DNA of 64,000 nucleotides from an uncultured Thermoleophilia bacterium. GTDB taxonomy: Bacteria > Actinomycetota > Thermoleophilia > UBA2241. Where the stretch lies: NCBI GenBank assembly GCA_963702475.1, contig CAVPCT010000005.1:416001-480000 (forward strand), read 5' to 3'. This document shows positions 1 to 9,996 of the stretch, in pieces. The position numbers and the translations under genes are program-made. Under the pieces are notes generated by a model. That model did no database searches, had not been told where the DNA came from, and saw nothing but the letters and a program-made list of their open reading frames with translations. Within the stretch, counting starts at the first letter, position 1; every line of letters starts with the position of its first letter.

Positions 1-1
1 C

Positions 2-190
2 CGCGGCTACGTCCGTGAGCTCAACCTGTTCCACCCCGAGGTGCTCGAGGGCGACGGCTTCCGCCGCGTGCAGGTGAAGGGCGAGGTCGCCCGCTTTCGC
101 CTGGACCTGGCTACTCTGGTGGCCGCGCCCAGGCACACCGTCGCGTGGGAACGCGTCGAGGCACCGGCCGGGACGCAACCGGTGTGCTGA
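2..190 (+). CDS. 3' end of an unidentified CDS running in from the window edge
   Basis: Open frame RGYVRELNLFHPEVLEGDG...QPVC* with GC3-rich codons, stop at 188-190. Confidence 0.5.
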   Translation, partial: RGYVRELNLFHPEVLEGDGFRRVQVKGEVARFRLDLATLVAAPRHTVAWERVEAPAGTQPVC

Positions 191-227
191 CCGGGCTGTC
201 CGCGCCGGCAGGTCGGCCCGGCGTCCG

Positions 228-1493
228 CTAACGGAACACGCGCGGCAGCCGCTGCTTCCAGTCGGCCGGCAGCACCGCGTCGAGCGCGTCGTCGAGGGTC
301 ACGATGCCCAGCGGGCGCCGCTCGTCGTCGACCACGGGGATGGCCAGGAGGTCGTACCTGGTCATGATGCGCCCGACCTCCTCCTCATCCACCTCCGCGG
401 TGACCTCCACGACGTCGTCCTCCATGAGCTCCACGACCGGTGCGTGAGGCTCGGCCAGCACGAGGTCGCGCAGGCTGGCCACGCCCGCCAGGCGGCCGTC
501 GTCGCCGACGAAGTAGAGGTACGTCATCATGTGCTGCTCCGGGCGCTCGCGGCGGATCCACTCCAGAGCGCCCCCGGCGGTGAGCCCGACCGGCAGCTCG
601 ACGAAGTCGGTGGTCATGAGCGATCCGGCGGTGTGCTCGGGGTGGCTGGCGAGCTCACGCAGGTCCTCCTCGCGCTCGTCGGGCAGACACGCGAGGAGCT
701 GCTGCGCGAGGTCGTCCGGCAGCTGGCTGAGGATGTCGGCAGCCTCGTCGGCCTCGATGAGCTCGAGCACGGCGGCGGCCCGCTCGAGCGGCATGTCCTG
801 CAGCGCCGCCGTGCGCAGCTCCTCGTCCATCTCCTGGAGCGTGTCGGCGGCCAGGCCCGCGTTGAGCGCGGCCAGTACGGCCGCGCGTTCGCGCGGGCCG
901 ACCTGGCCGACCACGTCGGCGATGTCGGCCGGGTGCAGCTCGGCGAGCTCCGCGAACGCCTCGACGAAGTTGAGGCGCGAGAGCCGCAGGGCGATGAGGT
1001 TCACGTCCGCCCAGGGCACGAGGTCGCCGGCGCGGCGCTGCAGGCGCCGCGCCAGGAAGCCCAAGCCGAAGCGCTTGGCCAGCGCCCCGGAGCTCGCGTC
1101 GACGCCCGTGACTACCAGCCCGCCCTCCTGAGGCTGCAGCAGCACGTCCTGAGCGCGCACGAACACGCGGCGGCGCATGTCGAGCACCTGGTTGTCGAGC
1201 ACGGAGTCGACGAGGGCGAGCTCGTCGCCGCGCAGCGACGCCGGTTCCAGCTCATCGGCAGCGACGCCGAGCAGGAGCTTCTCGCCGTCGACGTCGATCT
1301 CCGCCACCTGCTCCCAGGAGGCGCGCACCTGGTCGTCGTCGCGCTCGATGAAGAACGCCGTGACGGCCGGAGCGTCGGAGGTGCACAGCGCGAGCACGTC
1401 GAGCAGCTCGCCGACCTCCACGCCGGCGGCGTCGACGACTTTCATGTCTTCGAGCTCGGAGAGTGAGAGCGGGGAGCCTGCGTCGTCATCCAC
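228..1493 (-). CDS. MgtE-family intracellular protein (PRC-barrel + MgtE_N + CBS pair), no transmembrane domain
   Basis: ELHPADIADVV and TAGSLMTTDF motifs, CBS pair ending RYDLLAIPVVD...GIVTLDD. Confidence 0.85.
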   Translation of the reverse strand: MDDDAGSPLSLSELEDMKVVDAAGVEVGELLDVLALCTSDAPAVTAFFIERDDDQVRASWEQVAEIDVDGEKLLLGVAADELEPASLRGDELALVDSVLDNQVLDMRRRVFVRAQDVLLQPQEGGLVVTGVDASSGALAKRFGLGFLARRLQRRAGDLVPWADVNLIALRLSRLNFVEAFAELAELHPADIADVVGQVGPRERAAVLAALNAGLAADTLQEMDEELRTAALQDMPLERAAAVLELIEADEAADILSQLPDDLAQQLLACLPDEREEDLRELASHPEHTAGSLMTTDFVELPVGLTAGGALEWIRRERPEQHMMTYLYFVGDDGRLAGVASLRDLVLAEPHAPVVELMEDDVVEVTAEVDEEEVGRIMTRYDLLAIPVVDDERRPLGIVTLDDALDAVLPADWKQRLPRVFR

Positions 1494-1716
1494 GCTGACG
1501 GCTCACATCCTTTCGCGGCCCGGACCCCGGGACGCAGGCGAGGATACCGGGGGCGTCCGGTGGCGTCAACGACAGGAGACCGTCCCTTGCTCCGGACCCG
1601 CCCGCGGGCGCTGTCGGCCGGACGTGCGGGTGCTGTAGACTGCCGCGGTCCCCCGTCCAGTGCCGGCGCGGTGCAAGGGGCACCGCTGCGCCGGCGTCGT
1701 AGAAAGGAGCCGTTGA

Positions 1717-3168
1717 ATGGCGGCCGAACCGACCGTCGCCGCAGGAGGTCTCGACAAGCTCTTCCACTTCCAGAAGTGGGGGACCTCGCTCACCCGCGAC
1801 ATGCTCGCCGGGCTCACGACGTTCATCGTCATGTCCTACATCATCTTCGTGAACCCGGGCATCCTGGGCTTGGACGGCAAGGGCCTGCCCTTCGCCGCCG
1901 CCCTCACATCCACCTGCCTGGTGGCAGGCGTGATGACCATCATCATGGGCGCGTTCACCAACCGCGCCTACGCCATCGCGCCGGGCATGGGCCTCAACGC
2001 CGTGGTCGCCTTCAGCCTCGTTCTGGGCCAGGGCCTGACCTTCCCGCAGGCGATGGGTCTCATCTTCCTCGAGGGCGTCGCCATCCTCGTGCTCGTGGTC
2101 ACCGGTTTCCGTGAGGCCATCTTCAAGGCCATCCCGCTGGAGCTCAAGAAGGCCATCGTCGTCGGCATCGGCTTCTTCATCCTCTTCATCGGCCTCGTGG
2201 ACGGTGGCCTCGTGGTGGGTGGCGGAGGCACCGTGGTGTCCCTGGGCAACTTCGTCGGCGTACCGGTGCTCGTCACCATCTTCGGCCTCGTCGTGACGAT
2301 CATCATGCTCGTTCGTGGCTGGCGCTTCGCCGTGATCCTCGGCATCGTCTTCTCGACGGTCTTCGCGATCATCCTCAACTACGCCTACGACAAGACGTCG
2401 TTCGCGGAGGGCATCGCGGTGTGGCCGAGCAAGGTCGTCGCCATGCCCGACTTCAGCCTGGTCGGCCAGTTCGATTTCGGGGCCTTCAGCAAGCTCGGCG
2501 TGACGGCCGCGATCCTGTGGATCTTCAGCCTCATGCTGAGCGACTTCTTCGACACCATGGGCACCCTCGTGGGCGTCGGCGGCCAGGCGGGGTATCTCGA
2601 CAAGAAGGGGCACCTCAAGAAGCTCAACCGTCTGCTCTTCATCGACTCGCTGGCCGCCATGGCCGGCGGCGCCGCCTCGTCGTCGTCCGCCACCACCTAC
2701 ATCGAGTCCGGCGCCGGGGTGGCGGCCGGCGGACGCACCGGCATGGTGAGCATCGTCACCGGCGTGCTCTTCCTGCTGGCCATGTTCTTCTCACCCATCG
2801 CCGGCATCGTGCCGGCCAACGCCACAGCCCCGGCGCTCATCATCGTCGGCTTCCTCATGATGGCCACGCTGTCTGTGGCGGAGGAGAAGGCCGAGGAGGA
2901 GGAAGAGGGCAAGAGCGCGGCCCGGCGCGCCATCTCCGCCATCAACTTCGCCGATCCGGCCTTCGGCATCCCTGCCGTGCTCACCATGGCCCTGATGCCG
3001 CTCACCTACAGCATCACGAACGGCATCGGCTTCGGCTTCATCTCGTACACGCTGATCCGCGTCGTGCAGGGCAAGTCCCGCGACGTGAGCTGGATGCTGT
3101 GGATCGCCACGGCCGGCTTCGTGCTGTACTTCCTGATCCCGCTGTTCCAGTCCTGGGGCTGGGTCTGA
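1717..3168 (+). CDS. NCS2/AzgA-family nucleobase (purine) permease
   Basis: AGLTTFIVMSYIIFVNP, APGMGLNA, DFFDTMGT, TYIESGAGVAAGGRTG motifs; AAAGGAG RBS. Confidence 0.92.
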   Translation: MAAEPTVAAGGLDKLFHFQKWGTSLTRDMLAGLTTFIVMSYIIFVNPGILGLDGKGLPFAAALTSTCLVAGVMTIIMGAFTNRAYAIAPGMGLNAVVAFSLVLGQGLTFPQAMGLIFLEGVAILVLVVTGFREAIFKAIPLELKKAIVVGIGFFILFIGLVDGGLVVGGGGTVVSLGNFVGVPVLVTIFGLVVTIIMLVRGWRFAVILGIVFSTVFAIILNYAYDKTSFAEGIAVWPSKVVAMPDFSLVGQFDFGAFSKLGVTAAILWIFSLMLSDFFDTMGTLVGVGGQAGYLDKKGHLKKLNRLLFIDSLAAMAGGAASSSSATTYIESGAGVAAGGRTGMVSIVTGVLFLLAMFFSPIAGIVPANATAPALIIVGFLMMATLSVAEEKAEEEEEGKSAARRAISAINFADPAFGIPAVLTMALMPLTYSITNGIGFGFISYTLIRVVQGKSRDVSWMLWIATAGFVLYFLIPLFQSWGWV

Positions 3169-3187
3169 GACACGGCTGAGTGACCGT

Positions 3188-3235
3188 ACGTGCGGCGGGG
3201 CGGCAGACCCTTCGGCCCGCCGCCCCGCCGCACGT
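3188..3235. terminator. 17-bp inverted repeat between convergent genes, probable terminator
   Basis: ACGTGCGGCGGGGCGGC (3188-3204) pairs with GCCGCCCCGCCGCACGT (3219-3235). Confidence 0.7.
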
Positions 3236-3274
3236 CGGCTCCGCCGCCCCGCCCGGCCAGCCGGGCGGCCGCCG

Positions 3275-5162
3275 TCACTTGGCGATCGTGAGCACCACCG
3301 TCGTGCCCGCCGCTACCACGCTGCCGGCGTCGGGCGTCATCGTCACCACCGTCCCCGACGGCTGGCCGGTGCCGGCGCGCTGCTTGATGAACACACCGAA
3401 CCCCGCCTGCTGCAGCTCGTCGGTCGCGGAGGTGGAGTCCATGCCGTACACGTTGGGCACGGTGACGCCGCTCGGGCTCGGCGTCGGCGAGACGCTCGGC
3501 GTCGGTGAGCCGGACGACACCACGATGTTCACGGCGGTGCCCTGCGCGACCTTGGTGCCGGCCGTCGGGTCCTGGCGGACGATCTCGCCGCCGGCCACGT
3601 CGGTGCTGGGCTCGGTCGTCACGTTGCCCAGCGTGAGCTTGGCGTCGGTGAGCGCCGTCTGCGCGTCGGCCTGGGTCATGCCGCTCAGGTCGGGTACGGT
3701 GGCCTGCGGCTTGCCGCTGCTCACCCAGTAGGTCACCTGGGTCGCCCTTCTTGCACCGCGGTGCCGGCCGGCGGGGTCCTGCTTGTACACCTGGCCGTCG
3801 GGCACCTTCTCCGACTTGCCCGACTTCTGCACGCCGAGCAGCCCGTTCTCCTTGAGCCACGTCGGCGACCTCGTCGGGCGACCAGCCCCTGAAGTCCTCA
3901 AGGGCCACCGTCTCCGCGCCCTTGCTGACCCAGATGTCCACGGTCTCGCCGGCGGCCAGCTCGGTGCCGCCGGTGGGCGCCTGACGGCTGACGATGCCCT
4001 CGTCGACCTCGTCGCTGAACTCCTCCTGCACGTTGGCCTTGAACCCGGCCTCCTCCAGCGCGGCGATGGCCTCACCCTGCGTCTTGCCCACGACAGACGG
4101 CACCGGGTCTCCCCCGCCGCCGCCCATGAGGTTGACGATGCCGTAGGCGGCACCGGCGATGACCAGGAGCAGGATCACGATGGCGACGATCCACGGCCAG
4201 CGACGGCGGGGCGGGCGGCGCTCCTGCCCGTACCCGCCGCCCGACATGACGGACGTGGCGCCCGCGGCGCCGGCCGTCATGAGACGCGTCGCCTCGGTGC
4301 CCGTGTCGAACGTCGTCGCCGCCACAGGCCCGCCCTGGAGCGCCGAGCGCAGGTCGCGGGTGAACTGGCCGGCGCTCTGATAGCGCAAGTCCGGGTCCTT
4401 GGCGATGGACTTCATGACGATCTGATTGAGCGAGTGCGGCATACCCGGCACGAGCTGCGCCGGCTCCGGGGCCATCTCGTTGACGTGCTTGAGGGCGACC
4501 GTCACGGCGCTGTCGCCCTTGAACGGCACCGTGCCGGTCAGCATCTCGTAGAGCACGATGCCGACCGAGTACAGGTCGGAGCGCTCGTCCACGGGCAGGC
4601 CGCGGGCCTGCTCCGGGGCCAGGTACTGCGCCGTCCCCAGAATGGACCCGGCCTCCGTCATGCCCGAGTCGCCGGCCCTGGCGATGCCGAAGTCCATCAC
4701 CTTGACGTTGCCGTCGCGGTCGAGCATCACGTTCTGCGGCTTGATGTCGCGGTGCACGATGCCCGCGCGATGGGCGAACTCGATGGCCGCCAGAAGCTGC
4801 AGAGCGATGTGCACGGCGTCGTTGCCGCTCAGGCGGCCCTGGCGGCGGATCAGGTCTTTGAGCGTCTCCCCTTCCAGGTACTCCATGACGATGTAGTACG
4901 TGCCGTCGACCTCGCCCCAGTCGTAGATGCTGACGAGGTTGGGATGGTTGAGACCCCCGGCCGCCTTCGCCTCGCGGCGGAAACGTTCCACGAAGGTCGG
5001 GTCGCTGAGGAACCGCTGGAGGAGCACCTTGAGCGCCACGCGGCGGCCCAGGGTGAGGTCCTCGCAGAGATACACGTCGGCCATGCCGCCGCCGCCCAGC
5101 TTACGCAGGACGCGGTAGCGGCCGCTCACCACCTGGTCTGGCTCGAACACGTCGCTCACCAC
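3275..5162 (-). CDS. pknB: PASTA-domain Ser/Thr kinase PknB, with apparent frameshifts in the PASTA region
   Basis: GGGGMADVY, HRDIKPQN, DFGIAR, GTAQYLAPEQ, TM helix, PASTA repeats split over two ORFs; extra base at about 3860 and three apparent extra bases at about 3739-3775. Confidence 0.9.
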
Positions 5163-5224
5163 TCCTTAGCTCGCTCCGTCATCCACAAGAAAGATACTGT
5201 GACGCGCGCCGTCTCCCTGCCGCG

Positions 5225-6664
5225 CTACGGCAGGGACGGCTGCGCGAGTGCCGTCCTGATCACGTCGGCGGCGAGCGGCGCAGCCGCCTCGCCGCCGGTC
5301 GATGTCGTGTCCTCGATCACCACCGCGATCGCCACCTGCGGGTCCTCCGCGGGGGCGAAGGCGATGAACCACGCCAGGTTGGTGCCGTCGCCCACCTCGG
5401 CGGTGCCGGTCTTGCCGGCCACCTGGATGCCCTCCAGCGCCGCCGCGGTGCCCGTACCTGCATTGACGACGCGCTGCATCATGGAGTTCAGCGTGCCGGC
5501 GGTGGCGGCCGTCATGGCCGTCTTCCACACCCGCGGGGTCGCCTTCTGCACCACCGCACCAGACGCCGACCTGACCTCCTGAAGGTAGTACGGCACCATG
5601 ACGCGGCCGCCGTTGGCGACGCCGGCCGCCACGAGCGCCATCTGCAGCGGCGTGGCCTGCAGCTTCTCCTGACCGCAGGCCGCCCACGCCACGGCCAGCG
5701 GGTCCATGAAGGCGTCGGGCGAGAGCAGCCCCTTCTTGCCGTAGCGGCCGCTGGGGACGATCTCGCCGGACGGCAGCGGCAGCGGCGGCGTGGCATAGAA
5801 GCCGAAACGCTGCGACGCCTCGATGAGGCGCCCGCGCCCGACATCGTTGCCCACCTTGCCGAAGGTCGTGTTGATGGACAGCGTGAGCGCCGTGGTGAAG
5901 TCGTTGCGCCCGAAGACCTCGCCGCCGTAATTGGTCACCTTGCCGCCGAACACCACGTACGTGCCGGTGTCGAAGAACACGCTCGTCGGCGTGACCTTGC
6001 CGCTCTCCAGGCCCGAGGTCGCGGTGACGACCTTGAAGGCCGACCCCGGCGTGTACAGGCCCTGGGTGGGACGGTTCAGCAGGGGTGCGCTCGCGTCCTT
6101 GCTGAGCTTCGGCCACTTCTCCTCGAGGTTGGCCGGGTCGTAGGTGGGCGCCGAGGCCGCGGCGATGAGGGCGCCGGTCCTGGGGTCCAGCACAACGATG
6201 GCGCCCTTCTGCCCCGAGAGCTCCTTCTGGGCCGCCTTCTGCACCGCCGGCACCAGGGTGAGCTTGACGGTCGCTCCCTTCGGTCTTCGCCCAAGGACCT
6301 TGTCCACCCAGTTCTGCACGCCGAGGTCGCTCGCCTGGCCCGTGAGCACGGCGTTGAGCTGCGCCTCGATGCCGCTGCGGCCGTACCGCACGTTGTCGTA
6401 CCCGATGAGCTGGGGCGCCATGGTGCCGTTGGGGTAGATGCGGTACCAGTAGCCCGAGCGGCGCTCCGATCCCACGATCGTCGTCCCGTCGTAGGCGACG
6501 ATGTCGCCGCGCCGGATCTTCATCTCCTTGGCGATGCCCAAGCGGTTCTCCGGGCGGTCGGCGTACCACTGCGCCCGCCCCACCATGATCCAGGTCAGGT
6601 TGACGATGAGCGCCACGAACAGCACGACGCCGACGATGAAGATCCTGGCTATGGCCCTGTTCAC
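5225..6664 (-). CDS. pbpA: Class B penicillin-binding protein PbpA
   Basis: SAFK (SxxK), SIN (SxN) and KTG motifs; N-terminal TM; synteny with rodA and pknB. Confidence 0.92.
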   Translation of the reverse strand: MNRAIARIFIVGVVLFVALIVNLTWIMVGRAQWYADRPENRLGIAKEMKIRRGDIVAYDGTTIVGSERRSGYWYRIYPNGTMAPQLIGYDNVRYGRSGIEAQLNAVLTGQASDLGVQNWVDKVLGRRPKGATVKLTLVPAVQKAAQKELSGQKGAIVVLDPRTGALIAAASAPTYDPANLEEKWPKLSKDASAPLLNRPTQGLYTPGSAFKVVTATSGLESGKVTPTSVFFDTGTYVVFGGKVTNYGGEVFGRNDFTTALTLSINTTFGKVGNDVGRGRLIEASQRFGFYATPPLPLPSGEIVPSGRYGKKGLLSPDAFMDPLAVAWAACGQEKLQATPLQMALVAAGVANGGRVMVPYYLQEVRSASGAVVQKATPRVWKTAMTAATAGTLNSMMQRVVNAGTGTAAALEGIQVAGKTGTAEVGDGTNLAWFIAFAPAEDPQVAIAVVIEDTTSTGGEAAAPLAADVIRTALAQPSLP

Positions 6665-6666
6665 GC

Positions 6667-7989
6667 TCAGCCCCTCATCGCCAGCCGGCGGCGCTCGAGG
6701 TCGGTGCCGTCGCGCACCACGTTGGCGCGGTGCGAGATCATGAGGAGCAACGCCACCAGCATGAGGTTGGCCGTGATGGAGCTGCCGCCGTAGCTCACGA
6801 ACGGCAGCGTGACGCCGGTCAGCGGGATGAGCCGCGTGACGCCCCCGAGGATGATGAACGTCTGCAGGCCGAAGGCGAACGCCAGACCCGCCGCGAGGAG
6901 TTTGGAGAAGCCGTCAGGCGCCCACACCGCGATGCGGAACCCGCGCCACATGAACAGCACGTAGACCAGGATGACCCCGACCGCGCCGAGCAGGCCCATC
7001 TCGCTGGCGATGGCGGTGAAGATGAAGTCGGTCTGCAGGTCGGGCACCACCGGCTGGCGGTTGCCGTAGAGCAGGAAGCCGCGTCCGAACCCCGCTCCCA
7101 GGATGCCGCCGTCGGCGATGGTGAACAGCGACTGCAGCAGCTGGTACCCGGAAGTGGACGCGTGCGGCCACGGGTCGAGCCACACCCGGAAGCGGTCCTG
7201 CACGTGCGGCACGAGGAAGGCGGCGCCGGCCGCAGCCGCGGCGAACAGGCCGGCGCCGAGCACCACGTAGGCGATGCGCGACGTAGCCATGTACATGAGC
7301 GCCACGAAGATCGACATGAACAGCAGAGCCATGCCGAAGTCCTTCATGAAGACGAGCATGGCCAGCGACAGCATCCACATGAGGAACAGGGGACCGAAGT
7401 ACTTGTAGGCCGGCAGGGGGACACCGAGCAGGTGGTGCGTGGGCACCGACAGCAGCACCTTCTTGTCGTTCAGGTAGCCGGCCAGGAAGACGACGATGGC
7501 GAGCTTGGCGAACTCCGACGGCTGGATGGACATGCCGAAGGCGTGGATCCACAGCTTGGAGCCGTTCACGGTCGTTCCGAAGACGATGGTCGCCACGAGC
7601 AGCACCAGGCCCAGCGCGCCGATGAGATACCTGTAGCGGTCCAGGCGCGCGTGGTCGCGCACCACCATGACGGTGAGCACGAACAGCACCGCACCGACCA
7701 GCAGCCACTGCCCCTGCGTGAGCGCCAGCGACGGTCGGATCCTGAAGATCTCCGTGAGGCCGATGGCGGCCAGCAGCGCCGTGATGGGCAGCAGGAAGGC
7801 GTCGGCCTGCGGCAGCAGCACGCGCACCAGCACGTGCAGGCCGAGGAAGATGGCCACGAAGATCAGCCCGTAGATGATCGAGACCCGGTTGATCTCGCGG
7901 AAGCGCCCCGTGTAGACGGACACGTACGCCATGGTGCTCATGACCCCCGCCATGACGAGGAACAGGAGCTCGGTGTTGCGGCGCGTCAC
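6667..7989 (-). CDS. rodA: SEDS-family peptidoglycan polymerase RodA
   Basis: IQPSEFAKL, TDFIF, IPLTGVTLPFVSYGGSS; GTG start overlaps the pstP stop (GTGA). Confidence 0.92.
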   Translation of the reverse strand: MTRRNTELLFLVMAGVMSTMAYVSVYTGRFREINRVSIIYGLIFVAIFLGLHVLVRVLLPQADAFLLPITALLAAIGLTEIFRIRPSLALTQGQWLLVGAVLFVLTVMVVRDHARLDRYRYLIGALGLVLLVATIVFGTTVNGSKLWIHAFGMSIQPSEFAKLAIVVFLAGYLNDKKVLLSVPTHHLLGVPLPAYKYFGPLFLMWMLSLAMLVFMKDFGMALLFMSIFVALMYMATSRIAYVVLGAGLFAAAAAGAAFLVPHVQDRFRVWLDPWPHASTSGYQLLQSLFTIADGGILGAGFGRGFLLYGNRQPVVPDLQTDFIFTAIASEMGLLGAVGVILVYVLFMWRGFRIAVWAPDGFSKLLAAGLAFAFGLQTFIILGGVTRLIPLTGVTLPFVSYGGSSITANLMLVALLLMISHRANVVRDGTDLERRRLAMRG

Positions 7990-9383
7990 AGCTGCATCCC
8001 CAGCGCCGCCGCCAGGGCGAGAGCGCCGGACCTGCCGCGCAGGGCCTGCTCGTCCACGACCTGGCGCTGCGCCGGGGTGAGCGATGCGTACTCCACCGTG
8101 CTCCGCCTGTACACGGCGTGCAGGGGCACCGGCCCGACCTCTGCCGGCAGGCCGCTGTACACCGCCAGCCTGCCGTCGTCGACGCCGACGTAGTACACGG
8201 TGCTGAGCGTGACGGCGCCGGCCGCACCGGCGACGACGAGGACGACGAGGAACGCCGCGAACCAGCGGAGCCCGAGACGGCGCTTGCGCCTGGCCGGCTC
8301 CACCGGATCCGGCGCGGGCGGCACCGGGTCGACTGCGTCGCCGTGAGGCGCGGCGTCGCCGGTGTCGGATGACTCGGCCGCCGGCCGCGCGGGCGCGGCA
8401 GGCGGCTCGGCGACGGGCTCCGCCGCGGTACCCGGCTGCGGCTCGGCGGAGACGTCTGCGGCGTCCGCCGGCGCTGCCGCGCCGGCCGGTATCACCAGCG
8501 TGAAGTCGACGCCGGGACCGCCGCGGGCAGGCGCCGCCGGCGCAGGGCCGGCCTGCGTGAGCGCCTCGTCGGCCGGCACCGCCAGCGTGACCTCCTCGTC
8601 CGCGGGCACCGCCAGCGTGACCTCCTCGCCGGCCGGCACCGCCAGCGTGACCTCCTCGTCGCCGGCGGGCCCGCCGCCGGGATCGGGAGTCTCGAGGCGC
8701 ACGACCACGGCGGTGATGTTGTCCGGGCCGCCGGCCTTGCGCGCCTCTGCGATGAGCCGCCCGGCCGCCTCCTGCGGGTCCGAGCGCCCCATGTGCTTCG
8801 CGATCAGCGGCCCCGGCACGACGCCGCAGAGGCCGTCGCTGCACAGCAGCAGCACGTCGCCGCCGAGCAGGTCGACCTCGAACTCGTCGATGCGCACCGT
8901 CGGCTCGGTACCGAGCGCGCGGCTCAGGATGCTGCGATGGGGATGGACGGCCGCCTCCTCCTCGCTGAGGCGGCCCTCGCGGATCATCTCGCCGACGAGG
9001 GAGTGGTCGTCGCTGAGCTGCCGGAGCTCGCCGCCGCGCAGCAGGTAGGCGCGGCTGTCGCCGATGTGGACGAAGTGAGCCAGAGAGCCTGCGACCAGCA
9101 CCGCGGTGAGCGTCGTACCCATGCCGGAGTGGGCCGCATCGGTGGCGGCGCGCGCGTACACCGCCGCGTTGGCCTGCTCGGCCGCCTCCAGGAGCGGGCG
9201 GCCGGAGGCGACCCCCGCGGTCAAGGTCTCGGCCGCCAGGGAACTGGCCACCTCGCCGGCCTGGGCCCCGCCCATGCCGTCGCAGACGGCGAACAGGGGC
9301 GGGGCCGCCACGTAGGCGTCCTCGTTGGTCTTGCGATGCAGACCGATGTCGGTCAGGGCACCGTGTCGGGCGGCAAGCGGCAC
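7986..9383 (-). CDS. pstP: PP2C-type Ser/Thr phosphatase PstP/Stp1 with TM and short extracellular domain
   Basis: NEDA, DGMGG, HIGDSRAY, LLCSDGL, GGPDNIT motifs. Confidence 0.92.
   Translation of the reverse strand: MPLAARHGALTDIGLHRKTNEDAYVAAPPLFAVCDGMGGAQAGEVASSLAAETLTAGVASGRPLLEAAEQANAAVYARAATDAAHSGMGTTLTAVLVAGSLAHFVHIGDSRAYLLRGGELRQLSDDHSLVGEMIREGRLSEEEAAVHPHRSILSRALGTEPTVRIDEFEVDLLGGDVLLLCSDGLCGVVPGPLIAKHMGRSDPQEAAGRLIAEARKAGGPDNITAVVVRLETPDPGGGPAGDEEVTLAVPAGEEVTLAVPADEEVTLAVPADEALTQAGPAPAAPARGGPGVDFTLVIPAGAAAPADAADVSAEPQPGTAAEPVAEPPAAPARPAAESSDTGDAAPHGDAVDPVPPAPDPVEPARRKRRLGLRWFAAFLVVLVVAGAAGAVTLSTVYYVGVDDGRLAVYSGLPAEVGPVPLHAVYRRSTVEYASLTPAQRQVVDEQALRGRSGALALAAALGMQL
8557..8665 (-). 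repeat. 30-bp in-frame tandem repeat (three copies plus a degenerate one) in the pstP linker
   Basis: ggcaccgccagcgtgacctcctcg recurs at a 30-bp period and encodes (D/G)EEVTLAVPA. Confidence 0.9.
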
Positions 9384-9390
9384 CGGCCGG

Positions 9391-9936
9391 CTACTCCTCG
9401 TAGCGCAAGACAGTCTCGCCGATGCGCACGCGGCTCTCGAACCGGAGCTGCGCCTCGGTGACCGGCTTCTCGTTGACGAAGGTACCGTTGGTGCTGCCCA
9501 GGTCCTCCACCACGTAGAACTGGCCGCGCGGCACGAAGCGCGCGTGGGTGCTCGAGACGAAGTGTTCGTCGAGCACGATGTCGCTCGTGGGGGCGCGGCC
9601 CACCGTGATCCATCCGTCCAGCGGGAACACCACGCCCGGAGGCACGATCGGGCTGCTCTCCACGATCAATCGCGGGTTGATGTGGCCGGTGAAGTCGAGC
9701 TTCTCTCCGGCGACGGTGCGCTCGCTGAGACGCGTCTCGCGGCGCGCGGCGCGCTCCTCGGACGTCACCGCGACCAGCGGTCGCGACCCGTCCGGAAGCG
9801 CGACGTCGGGGGCGGCGACCGCCGCCCCGGCCGGCGTACGCACGTTGCTCACGGCGCGCTTCACGACGTACCAGATGAAGAGGTACAGCAGGACGAGCAC
9901 GCCTACCTTGAGGACCAGCAGGACGATGTCGATCAT
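9391..9936 (-). CDS. fhaB: FHA-domain membrane protein FhaB/FipA
   Basis: N-terminal TM (LLVLKVGVLVLLYLFIW), FHA motifs VGRAP, SSTHA, DLGSTNGT. Confidence 0.85.
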   Translation of the reverse strand: MIDIVLLVLKVGVLVLLYLFIWYVVKRAVSNVRTPAGAAVAAPDVALPDGSRPLVAVTSEERAARRETRLSERTVAGEKLDFTGHINPRLIVESSPIVPPGVVFPLDGWITVGRAPTSDIVLDEHFVSSTHARFVPRGQFYVVEDLGSTNGTFVNEKPVTEAQLRFESRVRIGETVLRYEE

Positions 9937-9996
9937 GGGCGTCTCCCGCGGCGCGGGCAGCACGCGGCTGCGCCCGCGCTCACCTCGCCGTCGGGG

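Noticed and set aside
3006-5162. pknB as a true pseudogene
   Set aside because: Kinase and PASTA sequences are otherwise intact and the indels are clustered insertions typical of sequencing error.
8557-8665. Periodic repeat as a CRISPR array
   Set aside because: Contiguous 30-bp in-frame coding repeat with no spacers and no cas genes; I saw no CRISPR array in the window.
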